Positions 34,657 to 43,580 of a stretch of 64,000 bases of DNA are shown piece by piece. The stretch is from NCBI GenBank assembly GCA_902799955.1, contig CADCCQ010000002.1, positions 4,017 to 68,016 on the forward strand. The letters are read 5' to 3'. A program made the position numbers and the translations under genes. Position 1 is the stretch's first letter. Every line of letters begins with the position of its first letter. This stretch comes from an uncultured bacterium (lineage in GTDB: Bacteria; Verrucomicrobiota; Kiritimatiellia; RFP12; UBA1067). Below the pieces are notes generated by a model. The model worked only from the letters and a program-made list of their open reading frames with translations. It was not told where the DNA came from and did not search any database.

Positions 34657-36936
34657 TCATCCCTTGAGCCGCCTCAGTTCAGACAGTTTTACCTTTGGCT
34701 TCGCTGCCGCACGCGGTTTTCCGTCCGTCATCGTCCCCGCAAGCACGCAGCCGGACATCGACGCGGCGACCGCAGACCCGACTATGCAGTCCCACCAGTG
34801 GTTGTCGTGTGCGTCCGGGCGCATCTTCCACTCGTCCACACGGCGTCCGCGTCCCTCGGTCTTGACCCTGTACTCCGCCGTCAAGTGTTCGGCAAAGAGC
34901 AGATGGTCTTCAGCAGAGCGTCCCCAGAGGGTGATTGCCCCACGGTCGCCCGTCGCCGTGAGAAGCCTCGTCGCCACAAACGACTTCCAGAAGTTGGTGT
35001 CGTACACGACGTGCCTCACTGCCCGCTTGCCACGGACGTTCGGCATCCGCCAGTTCATCCCGACCCTGTCGCCGACCGCTTTCTTGTACTCGCCCATAGG
35101 CTTCGACGATGCACCGATGTAGCGGCCATGCGACGGCGTAAGGACGGATGCGTACTCCGACTCTCGACAGAACTGGTACACGGTGTCCGTGGACTGTCCC
35201 CAGTTCGCATCAACGAGACAGCGCTCAATTCGCATCGCCGCGCCGTCGTCGCGGAAGTATTCTCGCCCGAGGATCTCGCCGGTCAGCTTCTTGAGACCTT
35301 CGGAAAGACATCCTTCGAGGCCGTTTCTCGGAAACTTCATCTGAAGCGTGATGTTCGCGTCCGAGAGCGTGAAGAACCGCCTGTTCTGGTCGGGCCACTC
35401 ACCATAGTCTATGACGCGCCCCGTGAAGTCGTCGTCCCATGCGGCGATGACATAGAAAAGCATCGTCTTCTGAACGTCGATGAACGCCGTGAGGTGCGTC
35501 GCCGAGACGGGCACGCCAAGCCGCGAGTGTCCATTGACCCGCGAGGAAACGCCGTCCAGCGTCAGCTGCTCCTCAGTCCCCAAGTCCTCCGCAAGCGGCT
35601 CGTTCTGATACTCCGCCCAGAACGCGGCCTCGTCGGTGAGCTTCAGGTCCATCGCGTGCTGAACCGCCGAAATCTCGTCGTGGTTGAACCTTGCCTTCCA
35701 CGCGACCACAGCTCCCTCGTCCATCTCCCTCTGGTGGGCGCGGTAGAATTCGGTCGCCTTGAGGAACGTGCCTTTCTCGCGCAGTTCGTCAGCGCGGAGG
35801 TCGGCATACTTGTTCCACAATTCCTCGTTCTTCGGGAACTTGTACATCATCCGGCAACGCTCGCCGTTCCACTCGGGGTGCTTCGAGCGGTCGAGCATCT
35901 GCTCGGCCATGTCTCCTGGGCGTATGACGGTGCATGGCATTACGCCCGCGATTTTCCGCCCCGGACCCGCAAGGCCGAGAACGTCGCCCGCCAGCACACG
36001 CACACGCTTCCTTGTCTGCTCCGCCGATCCCGCCGACTCGCTCGTCTGCGGGTCATCGACGATGACGAACTCGGGACGGATCGTCCGCCCGTCGGGGCGC
36101 TTGAACTTCATGCCGCGAATGCGCCCCGTGATGCCGGCGACGCGGACGATTGCGCCGCTGGACGCCGCACCCGCTATCGTGGGGAGGACGATTTCGCTTG
36201 CCGTCCAGCCGATGCGCGTCCTCTCGCCCTTGTAGAGCTGGCCCGCGCAGCGGTTGGCTATTCCCTCAAGGCGGGCTATCGGATACACCATCTCCGGGAA
36301 GTCCTCGGCGAGGTGTTCGTTCACCTCAAGTTCCGTCTTGATGGAGTCGAGCATCTCAAGGGCGGCACCTTCGCTTGCGCCGATTACAACGATGAACTCG
36401 CGATGTCCATAGGCCATTGCCCATATCGCCGCCGTCTCTGTGAGAGAGGATTTGCCGGAGCCACGCGCCATTGCGAGGGCGAAGAGTCCGCCTTCGAGAA
36501 CGGCCTTCTGAAGTTTCTCTATAGCCCGCAGATGGTCGTCCGACCATTCGAGATTGTACACTTCCGGGAAGTAGGTCTCGCAGAACTTCCTGAAGTCAAA
36601 GCGGCACGCCTCCTTCCTTTCGGGATCGACAACGGCGGGAAGCTCGCCGATGTCGCGCCCCGCAAGTGAAAGCTCCGACTGCCGCTGCGCGGCGGACTCC
36701 CGGTGCGCGTCGTAGCCTCCAGGTGTCGAGGCAGGCGTGTTAGCCCGCTTGTCGATGAGCCACGCCGCGTAGCGGTAGAAGCTCAACGAGCGGCTGTCCT
36801 CCGTCGATGCGATGCGGTATCCGGCCTCCGCGAAGTGGCGGTACACCATCGCGGCAGAGATGACCGTCCCTAGCTCCGTGGAGTTGAGGAAGCGCACCAT
36901 TTCCACGGGCTTCATCTTCTTAACGTTGACCGTCAT
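34657..36936 (-). CDS. terminase large subunit (759 aa)
   Basis: Walker A region ALAMARGSGKSS. C-terminal nuclease-like region. Lies upstream of gpW and the portal. Confidence 0.85.
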   Translation of the reverse strand: MTVNVKKMKPVEMVRFLNSTELGTVISAAMVYRHFAEAGYRIASTEDSRSLSFYRYAAWLIDKRANTPASTPGGYDAHRESAAQRQSELSLAGRDIGELPAVVDPERKEACRFDFRKFCETYFPEVYNLEWSDDHLRAIEKLQKAVLEGGLFALAMARGSGKSSLTETAAIWAMAYGHREFIVVIGASEGAALEMLDSIKTELEVNEHLAEDFPEMVYPIARLEGIANRCAGQLYKGERTRIGWTASEIVLPTIAGAASSGAIVRVAGITGRIRGMKFKRPDGRTIRPEFVIVDDPQTSESAGSAEQTRKRVRVLAGDVLGLAGPGRKIAGVMPCTVIRPGDMAEQMLDRSKHPEWNGERCRMMYKFPKNEELWNKYADLRADELREKGTFLKATEFYRAHQREMDEGAVVAWKARFNHDEISAVQHAMDLKLTDEAAFWAEYQNEPLAEDLGTEEQLTLDGVSSRVNGHSRLGVPVSATHLTAFIDVQKTMLFYVIAAWDDDFTGRVIDYGEWPDQNRRFFTLSDANITLQMKFPRNGLEGCLSEGLKKLTGEILGREYFRDDGAAMRIERCLVDANWGQSTDTVYQFCRESEYASVLTPSHGRYIGASSKPMGEYKKAVGDRVGMNWRMPNVRGKRAVRHVVYDTNFWKSFVATRLLTATGDRGAITLWGRSAEDHLLFAEHLTAEYRVKTEGRGRRVDEWKMRPDAHDNHWWDCIVGSAVAASMSGCVLAGTMTDGKPRAAAKPKVKLSELRRLKG

Positions 36937-37120
36937 CGCCCATCTCCTTTGCGACCCACGCGATGTACTTCAGGATGTTGATCGTCCCGTCCGCGTTGAC
37001 GGGCGCACCCGAGGCGATGTCCGCCTCAAGCCTCTCCAGCGTAAGGGTCCTCGACCCCGACCGCCGCATGGCGGTCACGAAGTTCTCCTTCGATACGTGT
37101 TCGCGGTTGTTTTCGGGCAT
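36920..37120 (-). CDS. putative small terminase / HTH DNA-packaging protein (66 aa)
   Basis: Overlaps the terminase large-subunit start by 17 nt. AAAGGAGG SD. The call rests on position only. Confidence 0.4.
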   Translation of the reverse strand: MPENNREHVSKENFVTAMRRSGSRTLTLERLEADIASGAPVNADGTINILKYIAWVAKEMGDDGQR

Positions 37121-37259
37121 TTCAAGCCTCCTTTGAAGATCGTTTTAAGATTGGTGAAAATAGTTGGCAAACCCCGCTTGACTATTCCCGGACATAGAGC
37201 GAATATATCCGCCGTCCTGCCCGTGGTGGGCTGGACGCAGAAACAGAAAGGACAGATGC

Positions 37260-37745
37260 ATGAGCAAGTCGGCAATCCGCGCGGGCGACCGCGCATTCGT
37301 AAAGGTGGGGCGCAACCTCGTCGAGGTTCGCGTAGACGGCAAGGCGGAGAGCGGATGGAACGTCACCTCCCGCACCGGGAAGTCCATGACGGTCAAGACG
37401 CTCCTCACCGCCGAGGGCGACACCCTCGCGGCACACGAGGCGGAAGCCCCGGCATCCGCGAAGGCCGAGGCGAAGGCGAAGCCTGCCGCGCCCTCGCCGA
37501 AGGCCGTTCCCCCAAAGGGTCTCGGACTCCTCAGCGCGGCTGCGGCGGTGCTGGAGCGGTCAGACGCCCCCATGTCGGTCAAGGCGATGATCGAGGCGGC
37601 GAAGTCGGAGGGGCTTTGGACGCCCAAAGGCGGCAAGACCCCCGAACAGACGCTCTACTCCGCGATCATCCGCGAGATACGCGACAAGGGGAACGCCTCC
37701 CGATTTCGCAAGGAAGGACGCGGTCTCTTCGCGTTCGCGCAGTAG
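37260..37745 (+). CDS. HARE-HTH (winged-helix) domain protein (161 aa)
   Basis: C-terminus LLSAAAAVLERSDAPMSVKAMIEAAKSEGLWTPKGGKTPEQTLYSAIIREIRDKGNASRFRKEGRGLFAF. It is the lone plus-strand gene here, convergent on metK with a 2-nt gap. Confidence 0.6.
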   Translation: MSKSAIRAGDRAFVKVGRNLVEVRVDGKAESGWNVTSRTGKSMTVKTLLTAEGDTLAAHEAEAPASAKAEAKAKPAAPSPKAVPPKGLGLLSAAAAVLERSDAPMSVKAMIEAAKSEGLWTPKGGKTPEQTLYSAIIREIRDKGNASRFRKEGRGLFAFAQ

Positions 37746-37747
37746 CC

Positions 37748-38773
37748 TCACGCCTCGTACCCGAAAAGTCCGCGTCGGCACATCTCTGCGTACACGGGCT
37801 TGTCGAGTCCGAGGCTCTCTATCACGTGGCTCGCAGGCTCCGACTCCGTGTACGCCTCGACGATGCGGTTCTCGCCGTCCAAGAGCGTCACGCGGATGTC
37901 GCGGCGGCCGATGCAGCAGGAAATCATGCACTGCATGGACGGAAGCCCGTAACGCTTCATAGCCTCCAGAGCCTTGTGCCGGGCATAGACGTTCAAGGTG
38001 ACATCGGCCTTTGTCGGGTCTTTGCCCCAAGGACAGCCCCCGCCGATCCTTGAGTTCCCGCCGTAGAAGTCCACGACGAGCTTCCTGCCGGTCGTTCCGC
38101 AGTCGGCGACGGAACCATGTGCGACATAGCGGCCGGTGCCGTTCACGACGATGGCGCACTCTTCGCCCACTATCGACTTCGCCGTCTCAATGACCGACGC
38201 CTCGTCGTCGCCGGGGGCAAGAGGGATCGCGATGACACACTCTACGGGCTTTCCGTCCTCAAGCGTAACCTGCGTCTTGACGTCCAGTCCGCCGCTCACG
38301 CCCGCAATCGCCTGTCCGAGCTTGCGGGCAAGCCAGTAGTCCTTCGGCATGTAGCCGTACTTCGGCTCGTCCACTGCGTAGCCGAACACCAATCCTTGGT
38401 CGCCCCAAGAATCGCGGTCGACACCCTGCGATATGTCCTGCGACTGGCGGGAGATGTGCGTTTCGACCTCCACCTCCTCGGCGCAGATGGTGTTCGCATC
38501 GCCGAAGCGGTCCTGGTACTCGTCGTTGTAGCCGATCTTGTCGATGGCCTCACGCGCGAAGTCTGCGATGTCCTCTTCGCCGTAGGGGGCGTTCGAGGTG
38601 ATTTCGCCGGAAATCGTGCAGTAGCGTTCCTTGAGCTGCACCTCCAGGGCGACGCGAGATCGGCGGTCGGCCTCAAGGTACTTGTCGAGGATGTACGATG
38701 CGATGAAGTCGCACGTCCTGTCGGGATGACCGACGGTGCAGTATTCCGATGTCTGGATTCTGGTAGGTTTCAT
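37748..38773 (-). CDS. metK: S-adenosylmethionine synthetase-like protein (divergent MetK, 341 aa)
   Basis: TSEYCTVGHPDRTCDFIAS, QSQDISQGVDR...GDQGLVFGYA and GGGCPWGKDPTKAD align with canonical MetK motifs. Confidence 0.75.
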   Translation of the reverse strand: MKPTRIQTSEYCTVGHPDRTCDFIASYILDKYLEADRRSRVALEVQLKERYCTISGEITSNAPYGEEDIADFAREAIDKIGYNDEYQDRFGDANTICAEEVEVETHISRQSQDISQGVDRDSWGDQGLVFGYAVDEPKYGYMPKDYWLARKLGQAIAGVSGGLDVKTQVTLEDGKPVECVIAIPLAPGDDEASVIETAKSIVGEECAIVVNGTGRYVAHGSVADCGTTGRKLVVDFYGGNSRIGGGCPWGKDPTKADVTLNVYARHKALEAMKRYGLPSMQCMISCCIGRRDIRVTLLDGENRIVEAYTESEPASHVIESLGLDKPVYAEMCRRGLFGYEA

Positions 38774-39046
38774 TGATGGGTTTCTCCTGTTAGGTTTCGA
38801 CTGCTCTCAATAGTAGTTTAGGATCGTGTGCGAGAGCGACACAGGATCCACGGTATCTATAGTGCTCTCCGGAGTCTATCTTCGTGTGACGTCACGAAAT
38901 GCGGCGACTATCGGCGGATTTTCGCCGAATATCGCCGGATTTCGCCGCTATCGGAGTGTGTTTCCATACTGGTATATAGTGTCGTCGGACGTTCAACACG
39001 CACGTAGACACGCACTATACACGCCACGGAAGCACACTTTTGATAG

Positions 39047-39694
39047 TCACGAATTAGTCACGAGACCCTCGCAGATGCGGACGATGTGGCGGCACAGCTC
39101 GTCGGGCAGTTTCGCACGGACGGCCTTGCCTTTCAGCCCCTGCGTACCCGTCCTCGATCCGCGTGGCGCGGCGTCGTGGCACGGTGCGCCCCGCTTGCAG
39201 GGCTGACGGAACTGCGGGTCGGGGTGGTTCGAGAAGATGTCCGTCGGCTTCTGCCGCCTCTCGCCGTACTGGCAGTATGTCACCGTGTGCCGGCGTCCGC
39301 CGGTGTCGCGCAGGAGGTCGAGGATGAACGGCATCTTCCGCAGCATCCCCACCGGATTCTCGATGAACCACACCTTCGGCTTCAGCTGTCGGATGAGGTC
39401 GCAGACATGGGCATTGACGGCGTCGCATCTCGCGGCGTATTCCGTCTTCGGCCTCGTCCCGTCGCGGTGGCGAGAGATGCACATGACCGAGTACGTCGTG
39501 CAGTCAGGACTCGCCCAGACGACGTCGGGGCGTCCGAACCGTCCGACGATCTCATCGGCGGTCAGCATCCCGATGTCCGCATTCCAGTCGGGCTTGTGTT
39601 CCTCGCTCCAGTCCACGGTAAGCGTCCTGTGGCCGTGCCCCCTGAACGCGGCTGACAGGACGCCCGTCCCGGAGAAGAGTTCAAGCACCCTCAT
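39047..39694 (-). CDS. small DNA (cytosine-5)-methyltransferase-like protein (215 aa)
   Basis: LELFSGTGVLS (motif I), ASPDCTTYS (IV-like), FIENPVG (VI-like), RAKLPDELCRHIV C-terminus. Confidence 0.65.
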   Translation of the reverse strand: MRVLELFSGTGVLSAAFRGHGHRTLTVDWSEEHKPDWNADIGMLTADEIVGRFGRPDVVWASPDCTTYSVMCISRHRDGTRPKTEYAARCDAVNAHVCDLIRQLKPKVWFIENPVGMLRKMPFILDLLRDTGGRRHTVTYCQYGERRQKPTDIFSNHPDPQFRQPCKRGAPCHDAAPRGSRTGTQGLKGKAVRAKLPDELCRHIVRICEGLVTNS

Positions 39695-40973
39695 GTGTGC
39701 TTTCTCCCGCATCCGGCGCTGGTGACGTGTCAGATGACGTATCAGGATTTGACGGTGTGCCGTCAAGTTTCGGTGTCAGCTGCTCCCAGTCGCATCCCTC
39801 GCCATGCACGAACTCCGCCCAGCGCTTCCTGATTACGTCGCAGTACTTCGGGTCGAGTTCGACGCACCTGCACACACGCCCCGACCTCTCGCAGGCAATC
39901 AGCGTCGAGCCGCTGCCGCCGAAGGTGTCGAGGACGATGCCGCCACGTTTCGACGAGTTGCCGATGAGATAGACAAGCATCTCGACGGGCTTCATCGTCG
40001 GGTGCAGGTCGTTCTTCTTCGGCTTGTTGAACTCCATGACCGTCGTCTGCTTGCAGTCGGAGTACCAGTCGTGAGCACCACCGTCGCGCCAACCATAGAG
40101 GCAAGGCTCGTGAATCCACTTGTAGTCCTGCCGTCCGAGGACGAGCGAGTTCTTCTTCCACACGAGGCACTGGCGGACTTTCAATCCCACGTCGTAGCAC
40201 GCTCCACGGAAGTTGTAGCCCTCCGAGTCGGCGTGGAAGATGTAGAACGAACCGCCCGGCTTCAGGCACTTCTCCGCGCAGCCGAACGCCGTGCGCAGAA
40301 ACTCGCGGAACTTCGTGTCCTCCATCGAGTCGTTCTGTATCGACTGCCCGTCGCTCCCGTGGTAGTCCACGTTGTACGGCGGATCGGTGAGCCAGAGGTC
40401 TGCCTCGTCGTGGGCGCACACCTTCGCAACGTCGTTGGGCTTCGTCGAGTCGCCGCAGACGAGGAGGTGCTTGCCGAGGACGTACACCTCGCCGGGCGTC
40501 GAGACGGGAATATCCGGCGTCTCGGGGACTGCATCCGGCTCAGTCTCGCCATGCGTCCCCGCCTCGCCGCCAAGGAGGTCGTCCAGCTCGTCGTCGCCGA
40601 ACGCGAGAAGCGAGAGGTCGAAACCAGCCTCCTGCAACGCGGCCAACTCGACCTTTAGCTTGTCCTCGTCCCACTCGGCGATTTCCGCGATCTTGTTGTC
40701 CGCGATGCGGAGAGCCTGCTCCTGTTCCGGCGTGAGGTCGGTCGCTATGATGCACGGCATCGTCTCCCAGCCGAGCTTCTTCACCGCGAGGAGGCGCGTG
40801 TGTCCCTCGATGATGACCTTGTCCTTGTTGAGGACGGCGGGGTTTCTGAAGCCGAACTGTTCGATAATCCTGGCGAGCTGTTCGACCGCGCCCTCGTTGA
40901 CGCGGGGGTTGTTCTCGTAGGGAACTATCTCCGACACGGGGACGTTCACCACCTTGATTTTATTCGTTTCCAT
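39681..40973 (-). CDS. ParB-like nuclease domain fused to an N6/N4 DNA methyltransferase (430 aa)
   Basis: N-terminus IVPYENNPRVN...IIEGHTRLLA (ParB/Srx fold). LWLTDPPYNV (motif IV). VLDTFGGSGSTLIACE (motif I). Confidence 0.85.
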   Translation of the reverse strand: METNKIKVVNVPVSEIVPYENNPRVNEGAVEQLARIIEQFGFRNPAVLNKDKVIIEGHTRLLAVKKLGWETMPCIIATDLTPEQEQALRIADNKIAEIAEWDEDKLKVELAALQEAGFDLSLLAFGDDELDDLLGGEAGTHGETEPDAVPETPDIPVSTPGEVYVLGKHLLVCGDSTKPNDVAKVCAHDEADLWLTDPPYNVDYHGSDGQSIQNDSMEDTKFREFLRTAFGCAEKCLKPGGSFYIFHADSEGYNFRGACYDVGLKVRQCLVWKKNSLVLGRQDYKWIHEPCLYGWRDGGAHDWYSDCKQTTVMEFNKPKKNDLHPTMKPVEMLVYLIGNSSKRGGIVLDTFGGSGSTLIACERSGRVCRCVELDPKYCDVIRKRWAEFVHGEGCDWEQLTPKLDGTPSNPDTSSDTSPAPDAGESTHEGA

Positions 40974-43080
40974 CTGTGTTCTCCTGTTCGTGTTCCTTGT
41001 CGTAGTTCTGGATTCGCTGGCATATCCAGCGGGCGCAGTTGACCGCCCAGCCGTTGCCCAGAGCCTTGTACCTCGGCGTATCGGGACATTCCTCGGCGCT
41101 CTTTCCGCGATGCGGAATCTTCGTGTATCCGTCGGGCAGCCCCTGGAGCCGTTCGCATTCGAGCGGAGTAAGCCGGCGGACGATGTAGTCAACCGCAACC
41201 GCCGGAAGGTTGTCGCCCATCTTCGCCCGCAGCGTGGACGTCACCTCGTCGCCAAAGCGGTTGTCCGCGCCCTCGCGCTTGGCGAGCCCCGGCTCGAACG
41301 ACACAGCGCCGGGGCCTTTCGAGATGACCGTAGGCGCACACTCCTCCTCGACCTTGAATCCGAACTGCGCGTTCTTGCCTTGATTGAATGAGGCGCGGTC
41401 AAGTCCAATTGCGACGCCGCACTTGTGGTTTTTCGCAAGCGGCGAACTCACCTCCGGCTTGGGGCTGTCCTCGTGCGTCCCCGCCTCGGCGTTGAAGCCG
41501 ATGGCGACGGCGTGCGGGTCTGTGCCGTGGAGCGCGAGGATCGTCGGCGAGACGCCGGACGTGTCAGCCCGACCGCTCGACTTCCCGGCCTCCATGTCGA
41601 AAACGCCGATGCACTCGGTAGCCACCGCGACCTTGTTTCCGCTCTCACCCTGCGTCTTGACGAGCGTAGGCGCGACTTCCTCTTCCGCGCCCAGCCCCTG
41701 TGCCTTCGCGGAGTTGCCGGGCAGGAACGCCACGACCGCCGTGCCGCCCTGATGCTTCACGGGGGCTGAATCCACAGTCGTCAGCGTCGGGGCGCACTCG
41801 ACCTCGCGGCATCCCGAATGGGGATTCTTCGACTTCATCGCGTTCGACCCCATCGAGTCGATGGCGTAGGCAACCGCGTGCTGGTCTCTCGCCGTGAGCG
41901 TGTAGGACGCGCCTTTCTCCGAGACGCCGAATCCCGCGCCACCCTTGCGGACGGGCTTGTCGGCATTCGTCGGCTTGTTCTTGTCCATGTCGATGGCCAC
42001 GACACCGTCCGCCGGTGTGACCACGAGCGGGTTGTTGTTCGCCGCCTGCGCATTATGCGTTGCGCCCATAGTCGGCGCTACCTCGACTTCGCTCGTCCTC
42101 GCATCCGTCTGGTGGTTCTCGAAGCAGACGGCGTTGTGGAAGCCGGGCGACGATCCGTTCACCAGCGCACCGCTTACCTCGCGGTTTTCAGACTTCACTC
42201 CGCCCGGCTCGTATGGGTCGAAGCCGGACGGCTGCATTACGAACACCCCCGACTTGTCGGCCTGCCCCGTGAGACGTTTCGTCAGGTCGGTGGCGTTCAG
42301 GGTCGGCATCACGTTGCCGCCGTTTGCGTTCGTTGGAACCGGGCGATCTGCGCCTTGAGCGCCGCCGCCAATCTCGCGGGTAAATCCTTGCCCCGTGACG
42401 CGGCACGGCGGAGTATCCCCGCGCACGCCTTGAGGCTCAAACAGTATTTCCGCAGGTGCTCGCCAACCGTCTCCAGTATGTCCGAGAGTCCGCATACCGA
42501 CGAGCCAAACCCTGCGTCGCCGCTGGGGGACTGCGCGGGGCAGCCCGTCCACTCGCACGTATTGAGCGTCCAGAGTCCTGTAGGCAAGAGCATACCCGCA
42601 TTCCCCAATCGAGCGGACGAAGTGCGCGAAGTCCCGCCCTCCGTTGCTGGTGAGAACTCCCGGCACGTTCTCCCATACGACCCATCGAGGTTGTAGCTCA
42701 CGACAAAGTCGCGCAAAGTGGAAGGCAAGGGAGCTGCGGGTTCCGCTGCCTTCCGCCATGCCCGCCCGCTTTCCGGCGACCGACACGTCCTGGCACGGCG
42801 TCCCGCCGGCGAGGACGTCGAGACGCCCGGCAAGTTCAATGACATCTGTTCCATTCGTTATCCTCCATTTCTCGTCGCCGACCATCTCGGCTGTTATTGT
42901 CGTCATGTCCCCGAGGTTGGGGACGTCGGGGTAGCGGTGTGCCAGGAGCGAGCACGGGAACGGCTCGATCTCGCTGAAGAACACCGGCTTCCACCCGCCC
43001 AGCGGCTTCACCGCCGCGCTCATGCACTCTATCCCGCTGCATACCGTCGCATAGGTCAATTCCCTTGCTTTTGTTGGCAT
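40960..43080 (-). CDS. DNA (cytosine-5)-methyltransferase with expanded repeat region (706 aa)
   Basis: TVCSGIECMS (I), GGTPCQDVS (IV), WENVPG (VI), QRRRRVWLVG (VIII), about nine x-P-T-[LIMV] units (res 259-617), RRLTPLECERLQGLPDGYT (IX), GNGWAVN (X). Confidence 0.85.
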   Translation of the reverse strand: MPTKARELTYATVCSGIECMSAAVKPLGGWKPVFFSEIEPFPCSLLAHRYPDVPNLGDMTTITAEMVGDEKWRITNGTDVIELAGRLDVLAGGTPCQDVSVAGKRAGMAEGSGTRSSLAFHFARLCRELQPRWVVWENVPGVLTSNGGRDFAHFVRSIGECGYALAYRTLDAQYVRVDGLPRAVPQRRRRVWLVGMRTLGHTGDGWRAPAEILFEPQGVRGDTPPCRVTGQGFTREIGGGAQGADRPVPTNANGGNVMPTLNATDLTKRLTGQADKSGVFVMQPSGFDPYEPGGVKSENREVSGALVNGSSPGFHNAVCFENHQTDARTSEVEVAPTMGATHNAQAANNNPLVVTPADGVVAIDMDKNKPTNADKPVRKGGAGFGVSEKGASYTLTARDQHAVAYAIDSMGSNAMKSKNPHSGCREVECAPTLTTVDSAPVKHQGGTAVVAFLPGNSAKAQGLGAEEEVAPTLVKTQGESGNKVAVATECIGVFDMEAGKSSGRADTSGVSPTILALHGTDPHAVAIGFNAEAGTHEDSPKPEVSSPLAKNHKCGVAIGLDRASFNQGKNAQFGFKVEEECAPTVISKGPGAVSFEPGLAKREGADNRFGDEVTSTLRAKMGDNLPAVAVDYIVRRLTPLECERLQGLPDGYTKIPHRGKSAEECPDTPRYKALGNGWAVNCARWICQRIQNYDKEHEQENTDGNE

Positions 43081-43243
43081 TTTCGGCCTCCTTGAAAAAT
43101 TACGTCAGTGAAAGAAAGTCTGCCCTGGAGCCGCGCTCCTTCCCGCGCCCTGCCTTTGAGAGGGGGTAGGGGAGGAACCGTGGCCTCGGCGGGACATATC
43201 GTCCCACCCGCCCGAGGCGGGTCATTTTTCCGCCCGTGGGCCG

Positions 43244-43273
43244 TTGACTTGTCCTCGCCGGTTATGGCATAAT
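43244..43273 (+). promoter_or_regulatory. sigma70-like promoter candidate with no downstream ORF
   Basis: TTGACT (43244-43249), 18-nt spacer, TGgCATAAT (43265-43273). Points into the palindrome array at 43394-43580. Confidence 0.35.
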
Positions 43274-43393
43274 GTCCCGCGTCGGCCGCTTCGGGTGCTT
43301 TTGGGTTTCGTCGCCCAACGGTTTTCGTTTCCCGCAGCGGCCGATTTTCCCTCCACTCCCGAAACAGGCGATTTTGCGCTTGGGCGGACACGG

Positions 43394-43580
43394 ATTAGTT
43401 TTGATTTTTCTGCGCCCCTAAAGGGAGCGCAAAAAAACAAAACTAAATCAACCCGTTTCCGCCCTGGCCGGAATTAGTTTTTTGTTTTGTTTTTCCTAGG
43501 CAAAACAAAACTAATCTCGACCCCGGAACGACGCCGGAATTAGTTTTGCTTTTTGTTTTTTCACGCGAAGAAAAACTAAT
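43394..43580. repeat. three long A/T-rich inverted repeats bounded by ATTAGTTTT / AAAACTAAT (candidate replication origin or operator array)
   Basis: Forward ATTAGTTTT at 43394, 43473 and 43539. Reverse AAAACTAA(A)T ending at 43448, 43515 and 43580. Each pair encloses a T-run, a centre and an A-run. Confidence 0.7.

Noticed and set aside
34360-36669. 769-aa plus-strand ORF
   Set aside because: It is antisense to the large terminase and the C5 methylase, both of which have clear motifs on the minus strand.
38777-39046. Intergenic region with a TGACGTCA palindrome, CGGCG-GATTTT-CGCCG repeats and a TAGTCACGA direct repeat
   Set aside because: It is probably the metK promoter/operator region. 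I could not define convincing -35/-10 boxes or a consistent repeat unit, so I made no feature call.
43205-43232. Plus-strand terminator-like hairpin ACCCGCC-CGA-GGCGGGT followed by CATTTTTCC
   Set aside because: No plus-strand gene or transcript is evident upstream, because it lies antisense to the methylase operon leader. It may be fortuitous or may act on antisense transcription, so I did not call it as a feature.
43394-43580. Possible CRISPR array
   Set aside because: The repeats are inverted pairs rather than direct repeats. They are almost pure A/T, spacing is irregular (79 and 66 nt), there are no unique spacers of constant length, and no cas genes are present.
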